Source: an uncultured Pseudomonadales bacterium (GTDB taxonomy: Bacteria > Patescibacteriota > Microgenomatia > UBA1400 > PJMF01). From it: DNA of 64,000 bases. Made by a program: the position numbers and the translations under genes. Shown here piece by piece: positions 55,312 to 64,000 of the stretch. The notes beneath the pieces were generated by a model. That model was not told the origin of the DNA. It was given only the letters and a program-made list of their open reading frames with translations, and searched no databases. The stretch covers positions 7,463 through 71,462 of the forward strand of contig CAYUQY010000003.1 in the NCBI GenBank assembly GCA_964447075.1, in the 5' to 3' direction. The first letter of the stretch is position 1, and the number at the start of each line of letters is the position of its first letter.

Positions 55312-56643
55312 ATGTCCCAACAAGACAAAGATATTACTTTCGAGCTAATCGAGCAGGAGAAAGTCAGACAACAAGAGATGATAGGCTTGATACCATCCGA
55401 GAACATTGTCTCGCCAGCGGTCTCAGCAGTTCTCTCTAGCTGTCTCTCTAATAAATACTCAGAAGGCTACAGCAATCGCCGCTACTACGAGGGCAATCAA
55501 GTGATTGACCAGATTGAGCTCTTAGCAATCGATCGACTCAAAAAATTATTTGAAGTACCGTACGTCAATGTTCAGCCTTACTCTGGATCTCCAGCTAATA
55601 GTGCTATCCAGTTCGCTCTGCTTAAGCCAGGAGAGACTCTCATGGGACTCAAGCTGATCAATGGAGGTCACCTTACCCACGGTCACCCAGATGTTACTTT
55701 TTCTGGCAGGTTTTTCAACTCTATTCAGTACGGTGTCAAAGATGACGCTCGGATAGATTTTGATCAAGTGCGAGCCTTAGCCAAGAAACACAAGCCTAAG
55801 CTAATTATTGCTGGTAACACGGCTTATCCTTTTATTTTGGATTTTGCAAAGTTTAGAGAGATAGCAGATGAAGTTGGAGCCTGGCTCATGGCTGATATAT
55901 CTCATGTGACAGGTCTGGTGATAGCAGGAGAACATCCGTCGCCCGTGCCACATGTCGATGTCATCATGAGTACCACTCACAAAACCTTTCGTGGGCCTAG
56001 AGGAGCGATGATTATGGTTACTCCCAGGGGCTTAAGGCGTGATCCTGAGTTAGGAAAGAAAATAGATCTGGCTATCATTCCTGGACTTCAAGGTGGGCCT
56101 CACAACGCCACCACGGCAGCCATTGCGATCGCAGCTGAGGAAGCCTCTCGACCTGAGTTTCAAAAATATGGTCGACAAATTTGCGCCAATGCCCAAGCGC
56201 TTGCCACTCAGTTGATCAAAAATGGCCTCGAGCTGGTAGGAGGTGGGACACAGACACATCTCATGGTTCTAGATCTTAGCTCCAAGGGCTACGGCTTGGG
56301 TAGTCAAGTATCTTTTGCTTTAGATGTAGCTGGAATCTATGCCAATCGCAACACAGTCCCCAATGAGCCCTGCTCGCCTTTTTATCCATCTGGAGTGCGT
56401 ATCGGCACACCCCTAATTACTTCAAGAGGCATGAAAGAAAAAGAGATGGTCAAGATCGCCGACTGGATAACCAAAGTTGTTTCGCTGGTTGAGGCTGAGG
56501 TCTTGCCTGAAGAAAAAGACGAGAGACCAGCTTTTCTCAAGGCTTTTCGGGTTAAGGCTAAAAAGATGGATGAGCTGCTCAAGATTCGTCTAGAGGTCAA
56601 GAAGTTATGTGCCAAGTTTCCGATCGCGTTAGCTTTTAAGTGA
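55312..56643 (+). CDS. glyA: serine hydroxymethyltransferase
   Basis: LIPSENIVSPAV..., PLP-Lys block TTHKTFRGPRGAMI, and full-length collinearity with SHMT. Confidence 0.9.
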   Translation: MSQQDKDITFELIEQEKVRQQEMIGLIPSENIVSPAVSAVLSSCLSNKYSEGYSNRRYYEGNQVIDQIELLAIDRLKKLFEVPYVNVQPYSGSPANSAIQFALLKPGETLMGLKLINGGHLTHGHPDVTFSGRFFNSIQYGVKDDARIDFDQVRALAKKHKPKLIIAGNTAYPFILDFAKFREIADEVGAWLMADISHVTGLVIAGEHPSPVPHVDVIMSTTHKTFRGPRGAMIMVTPRGLRRDPELGKKIDLAIIPGLQGGPHNATTAAIAIAAEEASRPEFQKYGRQICANAQALATQLIKNGLELVGGGTQTHLMVLDLSSKGYGLGSQVSFALDVAGIYANRNTVPNEPCSPFYPSGVRIGTPLITSRGMKEKEMVKIADWITKVVSLVEAEVLPEEKDERPAFLKAFRVKAKKMDELLKIRLEVKKLCAKFPIALAFK

Positions 56644-56678
56644 AGACTTTAAGTGAAGCCTCTAAGTAAAGAATTGTT

Positions 56679-57608
56679 ATGAAGCAACAACTTTCAACTT
56701 CAAGATTAATTGGGGCGCATGTCTCAGCTGCCGGTGGGGTAGAGAAAGCTCTTGAAAGAGCTTCAACTATTGGGGCACGCTCACTCCAGATTTTTTCGGG
56801 TTCTCCACGAGTTTGGGCACGTCCAAAAATTGAAAGTTTTGATCCCAAAAAAATAACTGCTAAACAAAAAGAATTATCTGTTGCACCAATTATTATTCAT
56901 GCCTTATACTTGATCAATCTTGCAGGTGAAAAGCCAGAGTTGAGGCAAAAATCGCAGCAGGCTCTTGTTTTTGATCTTCGGGTAGATAGTCTGATTGGCG
57001 GGAGTGGAGTAGTAGTCCACTTGGGCAGTCATACCGGTCGAGGTTGGGAAGCAGTAAGAGAACAAGTTGCCCAAAGTATTGTGAAGATACTTGAGATGAC
57101 GCCAGAAAACTCGACTTTTTTGATCGAGAACTCTGCTGGTCAGAAAGGTAAACTGGTCTCAGACTTGAATGATCTGCGTTGGCTACTTGATAAAGTCAAC
57201 TCACCAAGACTTGGTTGGTGTGTCGATACCTGCCACTCTTGGGCTGCAGGGTACAGACTTTTAACAGGAGCTGAGCTTAATCTAACCAAACCAAGTGATC
57301 ATTCTAAAGCTGTCGTAGAGACACTTAGTAGTGACAATAGATCTCTTCCTGATGAGATAGAGCGTCTCAAACTTTGGTCAAGTCTCAAGTGTATCCACGT
57401 CAACGACAGCAGAGATCCATTTGCTTCTGGTCGCGACAGGCACGCCAATCTACTTGAGGGAAGCATTCCTAGTGGTGAGCTAGCTAGCTTTTTGGCACAT
57501 GAGAAGTTGAAGCATCTACCTTTAATTTTGGAAGTACCTGGACAAGATAAAAGTGGCCCGAATGAAGAAAATATTCAGAAATTGATCAAGCTAACTTCAG
57601 GAAAGTAA
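56679..57608 (+). CDS. nfo: endonuclease IV (AP endonuclease family 2)
   Basis: IGAHVSAAGG near the N-terminus and TIM-barrel His/Asp/Glu metal ligands (CVDTCH, HVNDS). Confidence 0.85.
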   Translation: MKQQLSTSRLIGAHVSAAGGVEKALERASTIGARSLQIFSGSPRVWARPKIESFDPKKITAKQKELSVAPIIIHALYLINLAGEKPELRQKSQQALVFDLRVDSLIGGSGVVVHLGSHTGRGWEAVREQVAQSIVKILEMTPENSTFLIENSAGQKGKLVSDLNDLRWLLDKVNSPRLGWCVDTCHSWAAGYRLLTGAELNLTKPSDHSKAVVETLSSDNRSLPDEIERLKLWSSLKCIHVNDSRDPFASGRDRHANLLEGSIPSGELASFLAHEKLKHLPLILEVPGQDKSGPNEENIQKLIKLTSGK

Positions 57609-57634
57609 AAAAAATAAAACTCTAAAATCGAAAC

Positions 57635-58540
57635 ATGCCTATAATTTTTGATGGTCTTCAACTAGCAGCACTCAAAGAGCAGCAACTCAGCTTGGATGTT
57701 TTTAACCTAAAAAAACGAGGTATCCACCTCAAAATAGCTGCCATTCTCTTTCAAGAGGATGCAGGCAGTGTGACTTATACGCGCCTCAAGAAAGAGGCTG
57801 CCACTAGGGTGGGTATCGGATACTCTACTTATGTTTTTTCGATCTGTGATCCAGTCAAGAAGATACTTTCTCAGATCACTGACTGCAACCAAGACAAGAG
57901 TGTGACAGGGATTATTATTCAGAAGCCGATGAAGAGGAGATGGCAAGAGGTAGTCTCACAACAGTCATTGCCTCAAGAGGACTACAGTAAATGGTGGAGT
58001 AGTCTAGTAGGTGCGATTGATCTAAAAAAAGACGTTGATGGCTTACATCCCCAGACTCTTGAATCTGTCAAAAATGGAACTTGGCAGATAGAGGGTAAAG
58101 TTCTGCCAGCTACCTGTCAGGCAGTTCTAGAGATTCTTGAGAGTTGTAAGCAACAGTTGCCTGGTAGTTTCAGTTTGAAGAGCAAGATTATAATCAATGG
58201 TAAGTCAGACCTTCTTGGTACCCCCCTTACCTATGTGCTCAAGAATAAGGGTTACTCAGTTGAGCTTCTTGGTCATCAGGATTTTAAGTTGCGCCTAGAG
58301 TCTCAGCAACAATTGCGAGATGCTGATATTTTGATTACAGCTACTGGCCAGGCATCACTAATAACTGGAGAGCTTGTCAAACCAGGTGTAGTAGCGATTG
58401 ACGTAGGTGAGCCTAAGGGCGATTTAGATCAATCTACGGTCTTGCCAAACTCAGTTTTTTTTACACCAGTTCCAGGAGGAGTAGGGCCGATGACAGTGGT
58501 AAGTTTGTTAGCCAATGCAGTTCTTATCTCAAGCTCATGA
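57635..58540 (+). CDS. folD: bifunctional methylenetetrahydrofolate dehydrogenase/cyclohydrolase
   Basis: DVDGLHPQ, VIDVGEP and TPVPGGVGPMTV blocks match FolD. Confidence 0.85.
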   Translation: MPIIFDGLQLAALKEQQLSLDVFNLKKRGIHLKIAAILFQEDAGSVTYTRLKKEAATRVGIGYSTYVFSICDPVKKILSQITDCNQDKSVTGIIIQKPMKRRWQEVVSQQSLPQEDYSKWWSSLVGAIDLKKDVDGLHPQTLESVKNGTWQIEGKVLPATCQAVLEILESCKQQLPGSFSLKSKIIINGKSDLLGTPLTYVLKNKGYSVELLGHQDFKLRLESQQQLRDADILITATGQASLITGELVKPGVVAIDVGEPKGDLDQSTVLPNSVFFTPVPGGVGPMTVVSLLANAVLISSS

Positions 58541-58673
58541 TACAATCAGACTCTTATTTACTCTAGTGACCTTCATTCACTCCTGTCCTGATTAACTTCA
58601 GGATGAGAAGGACACTTAGTCAGCAGACTTTCTAACACTTAAAAGGTTGAAACTGACAGAAAAAAGGATATCT

Positions 58674-59390
58674 ATGCTAGATTTAAACTCTCTTCCCTCT
58701 AAGGCACCTGCCTTTGATCCTCAAGAACTTCTCGATGCTGGCTGTCATTTTGGCCATCAAGCCAAACGTTGGCATCCCCGCATGCAAAAATGGATTTACG
58801 CTCAAAAAGACGGAGTACATATTTTTGATCTGATCAAAACTGTCGAGCAGCTCAAGCAGGCTTACGACTATGCCTACGACTTAGGTAAGTCTGGCAAAAC
58901 ACTTGTCGTTATCGGCACCAAGAAGCAAGCTCGAGAAGTAGTAAAGGAGCTGTGTTTGCGAGAGGGTTGTCTTTACATTGTTTCTCGTTGGTTAGGTGGA
59001 TTGTTGACCAACTGGGAGCAAGTCCAGAAGTCTTTACACCGCATGATCTCTATCGAGAAAGGCTTGGAAGAGGGGACTTTAAGTCACTACACCAAGTACG
59101 AGCGGACTCTTATGGAGAAGGAGAAAAATCGTCTTGAGAGATTTTTTGGTGGTCTGCGAGCACTAAAAAATAAGCCAGATGCACTTTTTATCGTTGACCC
59201 CAGTCGAGAAAAAGTCGTAGTTCAAGAAGCCACTCGCACTGGTGTACCTATTATCGCTATGGTAGACAGTAACACAGATCCAACTCAGGTGGACATTGTT
59301 ATTCCCGCCAATGATGACTCGACACTTAGTATTAGATTGATTGTTGAAAGTGTCTTGTCCGGTTATAGTGAGGGTAAGAAAAACAAGTAA
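58674..59390 (+). CDS. rpsB: 30S ribosomal protein S2
   Basis: LLDAGCHFGHQAKRWHPRM...HIFDL... is the S2 signature. Start at ATG 58674, preceded by AAGGA. The track start is TTG. Confidence 0.85.
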   Translation: MLDLNSLPSKAPAFDPQELLDAGCHFGHQAKRWHPRMQKWIYAQKDGVHIFDLIKTVEQLKQAYDYAYDLGKSGKTLVVIGTKKQAREVVKELCLREGCLYIVSRWLGGLLTNWEQVQKSLHRMISIEKGLEEGTLSHYTKYERTLMEKEKNRLERFFGGLRALKNKPDALFIVDPSREKVVVQEATRTGVPIIAMVDSNTDPTQVDIVIPANDDSTLSIRLIVESVLSGYSEGKKNK

Positions 59391-59391
59391 A

Positions 59392-59418
59392 TTTGTTTGG
59401 TTTTTTAGGGCAAACAAA
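59392..59418 (+). promoter_or_regulatory. rpsB-tsf intergenic hairpin (attenuator-like)
   Basis: TTTGTTTG-11 nt-CAAACAAA, an 8-bp stem directly before the tsf RBS (AAAGGAGAAAG). Confidence 0.35.
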
Positions 59419-59432
59419 AAAGGAGAAAGAGA

Positions 59433-59891
59433 ATGTCGTACAGTACACAAGATCTCAAGCAGCTTCGTGACGAGACAGGAGCGGCTATCATGGACTGTAA
59501 AAAGGCTCTGGAAGAGTCAGAAGGTAACATGGAAAAGGCTAAAGAGTGGGTGAGACAAAAAGGACTTCAGAAAGCAGAAAAAAAAGCTGATCGTGAAACA
59601 AAGGAAGGTTATATAGCTTGCTACATCCACTCAAATAACAAAATTGCCGCTATGGTGGAAATCTTGTGTGAGACTGACTATGTAGCTAGGAACAGTGATT
59701 TCCAAGACATGGCCAAAAATGTAGCAATGCAGGTAGTGTCCATGAATCCCACTGATGTCAAAGAGTTGTTAGCTCAAGAGTTCATCAAGGATCCATCAGT
59801 AAAGATAGAAGAACTGGTCAAAGGATTAAGCGGCAAAATTGGTGAGAAGTTTGTGATCAATCGATTCATGCGTTACCAAGTAGGTGAGTAG
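59433..59891 (+). CDS. tsf: elongation factor Ts (short form)
   Basis: N-terminal UBA-like LKQLRDETGAAIMDCKKALEESEGNMEKA, then a single dimerisation/core module. 152 aa. Confidence 0.8.
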   Translation: MSYSTQDLKQLRDETGAAIMDCKKALEESEGNMEKAKEWVRQKGLQKAEKKADRETKEGYIACYIHSNNKIAAMVEILCETDYVARNSDFQDMAKNVAMQVVSMNPTDVKELLAQEFIKDPSVKIEELVKGLSGKIGEKFVINRFMRYQVGE

Positions 59892-59912
59892 TAACAATAT
59901 AATGTTCTTTCC

Positions 59913-60560
59913 ATGCATAAATTGCCTCGGGCAGTCACTCGCTTAATAGAGTCATTCGAAAAATTACCAGGTGTAGGGCCAAAATCAGCTCAGAGATTGG
60001 TTTTTTATTTGCTCCACACACCTCAGACGTACCTTGAGGATTTTGCCAAGCGTTTGGTAGCCCTTCAACATGAGACAGTTATGTGCAGTGCTTGTCACAA
60101 CATAGGTGAGGAGGATCCTTGTCCTATCTGTTCAGATCAAAGCAGGGATGAGGAGTTGCTATGTGTGGTAGAGCAGCCACTAGATGTTTTAGCCATCGAG
60201 AGATCGGGTCAGTATAGTGGCAAGTATCACGTTTTACATGGTGCTATCGAGCCCCTCAATAATATTGGTCCTGATCAAATTTATCTAAGTGACATAACCA
60301 AGAGACTTACTGGAGTTAAAGAACTAATTATAGCTACCAATCCGACCATGGAGGGTGAAGCTACAGGTCTCTACATCATTGAGCTGATCAGGCAGATGAG
60401 ACCAGAGTTGCTTTCAAGTAGTAGTGGCTCTAATAAATCGCTGATCATTACGCGTATAGGTCATGGCTTGCCTATCGGGGCTGACATTGAGTATGCTGAT
60501 GGCTTAACTTTGGCTCGTGCTCTGGAAGGACGTCGTCAGATGATCTCTGACACTGTCTGA
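59913..60560 (+). CDS. recR: recombination protein RecR
   Basis: HhH (LPGVGPKSAQRL), a C4 zinc finger (CSACHN...CPIC) and a Toprim domain. Confidence 0.85.
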   Translation: MHKLPRAVTRLIESFEKLPGVGPKSAQRLVFYLLHTPQTYLEDFAKRLVALQHETVMCSACHNIGEEDPCPICSDQSRDEELLCVVEQPLDVLAIERSGQYSGKYHVLHGAIEPLNNIGPDQIYLSDITKRLTGVKELIIATNPTMEGEATGLYIIELIRQMRPELLSSSSGSNKSLIITRIGHGLPIGADIEYADGLTLARALEGRRQMISDTV

Positions 60561-60693
60561 GATAGTTAGTGATCTTGTAATTTATAGAGTCAGGTGTAGA
60601 GTGGAGTGAATATGGTTGAAGTTAGTCCAAATTTTCTGTTTGACGAAGAAGAGAATCAAGAGTAAGCTCTCTCAAAGTTAAGAGAGGAGAGAC

Positions 60694-61011
60694 ATGACTG
60701 TTATTGTCCATTCCAAAACCTTGAAGGTTACTCAGGCAATTCGCTCTGCAGTTCTGCATCATGCGCAAAGGTTGCTAAAAAGATTTCCTCGTGTTTCTCA
60801 GATAAATGTTTTTTTAGAAAAAGCGGCGCGCAAGAAGAATGACAGTTATGCCTCTCAGGCTGAGTTTTTAGTCAAATCTCCAGGCAAGGACGTAGTTGTC
60901 AAAAAAACTGCAGTAGATCTCTACAAAGCTATTCATGATAGCGCTCATACTGCTATACTCAGTCTCCAGAAGCTCCAAGATCGCCGCAGTTCGCACACAT
61001 CTCACATCTGA
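60694..61011 (+). CDS. hpf: ribosome hibernation promoting factor (HPF/RaiA, short form)
   Basis: 105 aa, beta-alpha-beta-beta-beta-alpha S30AE-family pattern (MTVIVHSKTLKVTQAIRSAV...). GAGGAGAG RBS. Confidence 0.75.
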   Translation: MTVIVHSKTLKVTQAIRSAVLHHAQRLLKRFPRVSQINVFLEKAARKKNDSYASQAEFLVKSPGKDVVVKKTAVDLYKAIHDSAHTAILSLQKLQDRRSSHTSHI

Positions 61012-61013
61012 AT

Positions 61014-61499
61014 ATGCCAGACCCTGCAACGACTGTTACTAGTTTTCCAACATCTCTAGATCCATCTTTGGGCTCAGTTCTGCCAGCTACTTCAGACTTT
61101 TCAGATCAAGATTTATCAGTTCTGCCAGCTACTTCAGACTTTTCAGATCAAGATTTATCAGTTCTGCCAGCTTCGGCACCTACCCCGAATATGGGTAAAA
61201 AACCAAGCCCTCTTGATGTTTTAGATGAAATCCTAAATGAAGCTCAGGAAAAAACTGATGCCTTTAAGAAGGAGCTAGAAGAAAAAGAGGCTGCCAAATT
61301 AGCAGAAGAAAAGTTGGCCAGAGAGTTGGCCAATCAGCAGATGATAGCGGCTGCAGCTGAGCAGATAGAGGCTGCCAAACAATCCCCTCAGTATCTAGCC
61401 AAGCTAGCCCAAGATGATCAAGTTAAGTCTGATGAACAACTCCACGCTCAAGAGTTGTCCGGCATGTCGATAAATCAGCTTAAACACAGTACGGTTTAA
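61014..61499 (+). CDS. hypothetical protein with 14-aa tandem repeat and coiled-coil C-half
   Basis: LPATSDFSDQDLSV repeated about 2.3 times, then a K/E/A-rich helical region. Confidence 0.45.
   Translation: MPDPATTVTSFPTSLDPSLGSVLPATSDFSDQDLSVLPATSDFSDQDLSVLPASAPTPNMGKKPSPLDVLDEILNEAQEKTDAFKKELEEKEAAKLAEEKLARELANQQMIAAAAEQIEAAKQSPQYLAKLAQDDQVKSDEQLHAQELSGMSINQLKHSTV
61081..61180. repeat. 42-bp perfect tandem repeat (2 full copies + partial)
   Basis: tgccagctacttcagacttttcagatcaagatttatcagttc at 61081-61122 and identically at 61123-61164. A third copy is truncated. Confidence 0.85.
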
Positions 61500-61512
61500 A
61501 AAGAATAATTTT

Positions 61513-62181
61513 ATGTCTGATAACCCAGGTGCTTCTCCCTCAGCTGGACAGCTTACCTCTCCAGATATGGCGTCGATGATGCAGCAGTTTGCAGCTCAGA
61601 GCAAATCAAGCTCAGGTGGTGGGGCTCAGGGTAGTGGAAGTCCAACTCAGGGTGCCGCTGGTTCTAGCGGCCCTCAAAATTCAGTTAGTCCGTCATCAAG
61701 CTCTCTGCCAGGAATGAGTGGCTCACAGTCTAAGTCGAGCGCTCAGTCACAGAAACCACCTAGGAATGTTGACAGTATTCCTAAAGAGATGAAGATGATG
61801 GTAGCTGATGTGGGTCAAGGATTGTTGAGCGCCTTGCCAGATTTTATGCAGAGTATTCTGCACATCAACTCTACAGATACTCCAGAAGAAAAAGCCAAAA
61901 AGCGTCAGAGTATTCAAAAGTTTAACTCTCTATCAGACCAAGACCGTCAGTTTACAGTTAAAAAATATCAAGAACGGACAGCACGTCAGAAGCAGGAGCA
62001 GCAGCAAGAACAACAGCGCAAAGCTGCTCAAGAAAACTCTAGATCAAGTGCTCTACCAATGCCCAAGGGTCAGAAAAAAGGCGTTATGCCAGGAATGTCT
62101 GGTGGAGGAAAGACCAAAGGTCAAAGCATGACTGAACAGATGCTTTTTCAACAGAGAAACACTCAATCAGGCGCAGGTTGA
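61513..62181 (+). CDS. hypothetical low-complexity (Ser/Gly/Gln-rich) protein
   Basis: ATG-initiated 222-aa ORF. N-terminal S/G/Q-rich tract, C-terminal Q/E/K-rich helix. No family recognised. Confidence 0.4.
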   Translation: MSDNPGASPSAGQLTSPDMASMMQQFAAQSKSSSGGGAQGSGSPTQGAAGSSGPQNSVSPSSSSLPGMSGSQSKSSAQSQKPPRNVDSIPKEMKMMVADVGQGLLSALPDFMQSILHINSTDTPEEKAKKRQSIQKFNSLSDQDRQFTVKKYQERTARQKQEQQQEQQRKAAQENSRSSALPMPKGQKKGVMPGMSGGGKTKGQSMTEQMLFQQRNTQSGAG

Positions 62182-62265
62182 TCTGGCATTGAGGCAAGCT
62201 GTGTCGCAATTTGGGGCCACATTTAGCCGTCGACCTGATAACTGCATGCATGTACAATCGCTTTT

Positions 62266-63714
62266 ATGCGACTTTACAACACACTTTCACGCACCGTTGA
62301 AGCATTCACGCCGATCAATCAGCCTGAGGTAGGTCTTTATGCTTGTGGATTTACAGTTTATGACTTCACGCATCTGGGCCACTTGCGTAAGTACTCGATG
62401 GATGACGTCTTGATTCGTACCCTGCGCTACTTAGGGTATAAGGTAAAGTTTGTCCAGAACATTACTGACGTAGGTCACTTAGCATCTGACGGCGATTCTG
62501 GAGAGGATAAGCTTGAAAAAGGTGCCAAAAAATACGGCAAGACAGTTTGGGACATAGCTCATGAGTTTGAGGATTATTTTTGGAGATCTATGGATTTGAT
62601 GGGTAATGTCAGGCCTGATATTAGTTGCCGAGCTACAGAGCACATCAAAGAACAGCTCGCTATGGTCATGGAGCTAGAAAAAAAAGGATTTACTTACGTC
62701 ATAGAAGGAGATGGTGTCTACTTTGATAGCTCTAAGTTTCCCACCTATACTTTTTTGTCTAAAATTAAAGTTGACAAGCTTGAAGCTGGTTCTAGGATTG
62801 AGATGGTCAAGGGTAAAAGAAATTTGACTGATTTTGCAGTCTGGAAGTTTGAGCGTCCAGGCGAGAATAGAGCTATGGTCTGGGAAAGTCCTTGGCATCC
62901 GAGATCTTTTCCCGGCTGGCATATCGAGTGCTCAGCAATGGCTATCAAGTACTTGGGAGAACAATTTGATATTCATACTGGGGGCATTGATCATATCCCT
63001 GTTCATCACACCAACGAGATTGCTCAGGCAGAGTCTGCATCTGGTAAGTCACCTTTTGTGAAGTTCTGGGTTCATCATAACTTTCTTAGAGTTGATGGGG
63101 AAAAGATGAGTAAATCCTTGGGAAATTTTTTTACCATTGATGATGTTCTAAAGCGGGGCATCACTCCTATGGCCATAAGACTACTCTTTCTCACCACTCA
63201 TTATCGATCAGAGATGAACTTCACTTGGGATGCTTTGAATGGGGCAGCTCAGGCTTACAAGAGGCTTACGAGAGCAGTAGTTGAGTTTAAACAGGAAACT
63301 AGACGTAATGAGCTAAGTCCTGAGAAGCTGCGTAAATTAGATATTTTTCGTAAAGAATTCTTCCATTTTTTGGAAGACGACCTTAAAACACCCGAGGCTG
63401 TCTCTACTATGTGGGAGTTGGTTAAATCTGGTGTTCCTAGTAGAGATAAATTTGATTTACTGATGGAGTTTGACGAGGTGCTGGGTTTGGGTCTGAAGTC
63501 TGCAGCTCAGCTGAGCTCAGAGTCTCACTCGGTCTTGGATTCTGATCAGACAGGAGTTTCGAGTAGGCAGGAGCTAAAAATTTCTTCAGAGGTAGCTCAA
63601 CTTTTGAACGAGAGGCAAGCAGCTCGTTTAGTCAAAGACTGGAAAAAATCCGATCAATTACGTCAACAACTATTAGATTTGGGGCACTTAGTTCAGGATG
63701 GTGCGATTACTTAA
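62266..63714 (+). CDS. cysS: cysteinyl-tRNA synthetase
   Basis: Class I motifs HLGH (FTHLGHL) and KMSKS. Zn-binding Cys/His positions (C...C..H...E) and the DALR-like C-terminus match CysRS. Confidence 0.9.
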   Translation: MRLYNTLSRTVEAFTPINQPEVGLYACGFTVYDFTHLGHLRKYSMDDVLIRTLRYLGYKVKFVQNITDVGHLASDGDSGEDKLEKGAKKYGKTVWDIAHEFEDYFWRSMDLMGNVRPDISCRATEHIKEQLAMVMELEKKGFTYVIEGDGVYFDSSKFPTYTFLSKIKVDKLEAGSRIEMVKGKRNLTDFAVWKFERPGENRAMVWESPWHPRSFPGWHIECSAMAIKYLGEQFDIHTGGIDHIPVHHTNEIAQAESASGKSPFVKFWVHHNFLRVDGEKMSKSLGNFFTIDDVLKRGITPMAIRLLFLTTHYRSEMNFTWDALNGAAQAYKRLTRAVVEFKQETRRNELSPEKLRKLDIFRKEFFHFLEDDLKTPEAVSTMWELVKSGVPSRDKFDLLMEFDEVLGLGLKSAAQLSSESHSVLDSDQTGVSSRQELKISSEVAQLLNERQAARLVKDWKKSDQLRQQLLDLGHLVQDGAIT

Positions 63715-64000
63715 GACGACACGACTACCTAAGACGGCACGACTTGCTCGATTATCTGTCGATGTTGTACAATTCTCATTAGCGTAGAGTGGATTTCGCC
63801 ATGACTAGCCAGAGAGGTTAGCACACCAAGTTGACCTCCCCAAGTTGTGCCGATGAAGTTAGAGATCTTCTGGGAACAGTCTACTACCATCACGAGTGGG
63901 ATCAAGAATGTGCTACTCTGATTTTTGATTCTATCTAAGAAAGTTAAGATCTGGGTTGGAGGCAGGCTACAGCTGCAGAGAACTAAGTCAGGTGAGTCAG

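Noticed and set aside
1-64000. Alternative genetic code (UGA recoding), as occurs in some candidate phyla
   Set aside because: Conserved genes (ribosomal proteins, topA, glyA, cysS and others) read through at full length with the standard code and terminate at TGA/TAA/TAG where homologs end. There are no in-frame TGA interruptions.

Overview
This window looks like a contig from a small-genome, low-GC bacterium using the standard genetic code. TGA, TAA and TAG all terminate well-conserved housekeeping ORFs. The gene content (short genes, sortase, MreBCD/PBP2, large Cys-rich surface proteins with Pro/Ser repeats, few biosynthetic genes) suggests a Patescibacteria/CPR organism, possibly Saccharibacteria-like. 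That placement is inference only.

Main content, in order:
- A classical secE-nusG-rplK-rplA-rplJ block (minus strand).
- A giant TM-anchored Cys-rich surface protein next to a dockerin-bearing secreted protein.
- galU, then a tRNA cluster (Thr-GGU, Tyr-GUA; a cystathionine-beta-synthase-like gene; Thr-UGU; rpmG).
- A glycosyltransferase and a vapBC pair, followed by tRNA-Trp.
- After tRNA-Trp, an AT-rich apparent island: decayed ORFs, a membrane protein, a DUF4143 AAA+ ATPase and an unannotated AbrB/MazE-like small ORF.
- A class-E-type sortase overlapping the 3' end of a putative LAXTG (LANTG) substrate, then a 680-bp gene-free stretch and mscS.
- epmA and efp separated by a ~3-kb insertion carrying an AbiEi/AbiEii pair plus two unknown genes.
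- rpmB, def-fmt, an O-antigen-ligase/TPR membrane protein, and a divergent actin-like gene followed by mreC-mreD-PBP2.
- dprA, topA and nadD.
- A dTMP/folate cluster: dCMP deaminase with an N-terminal extension, thyA, DHFR, an HD 5'-deoxynucleotidase, tmk, glyA and folD.
- A small IS1595-family (IS1016-like) element with near-perfect terminal IRs. It has split a DUF4097 gene from an in-frame C-terminal zinc-ribbon coding tail.
- A VWA-RR-HK operon, a RhuM-family gene, and nfo, rpsB-tsf, recR, hpf and cysS.

The supplied ORF track prints TTG/GTG starts as M. Several starts were therefore moved to the first ATG with a plausible RBS. No CRISPR array and no rRNA were seen.
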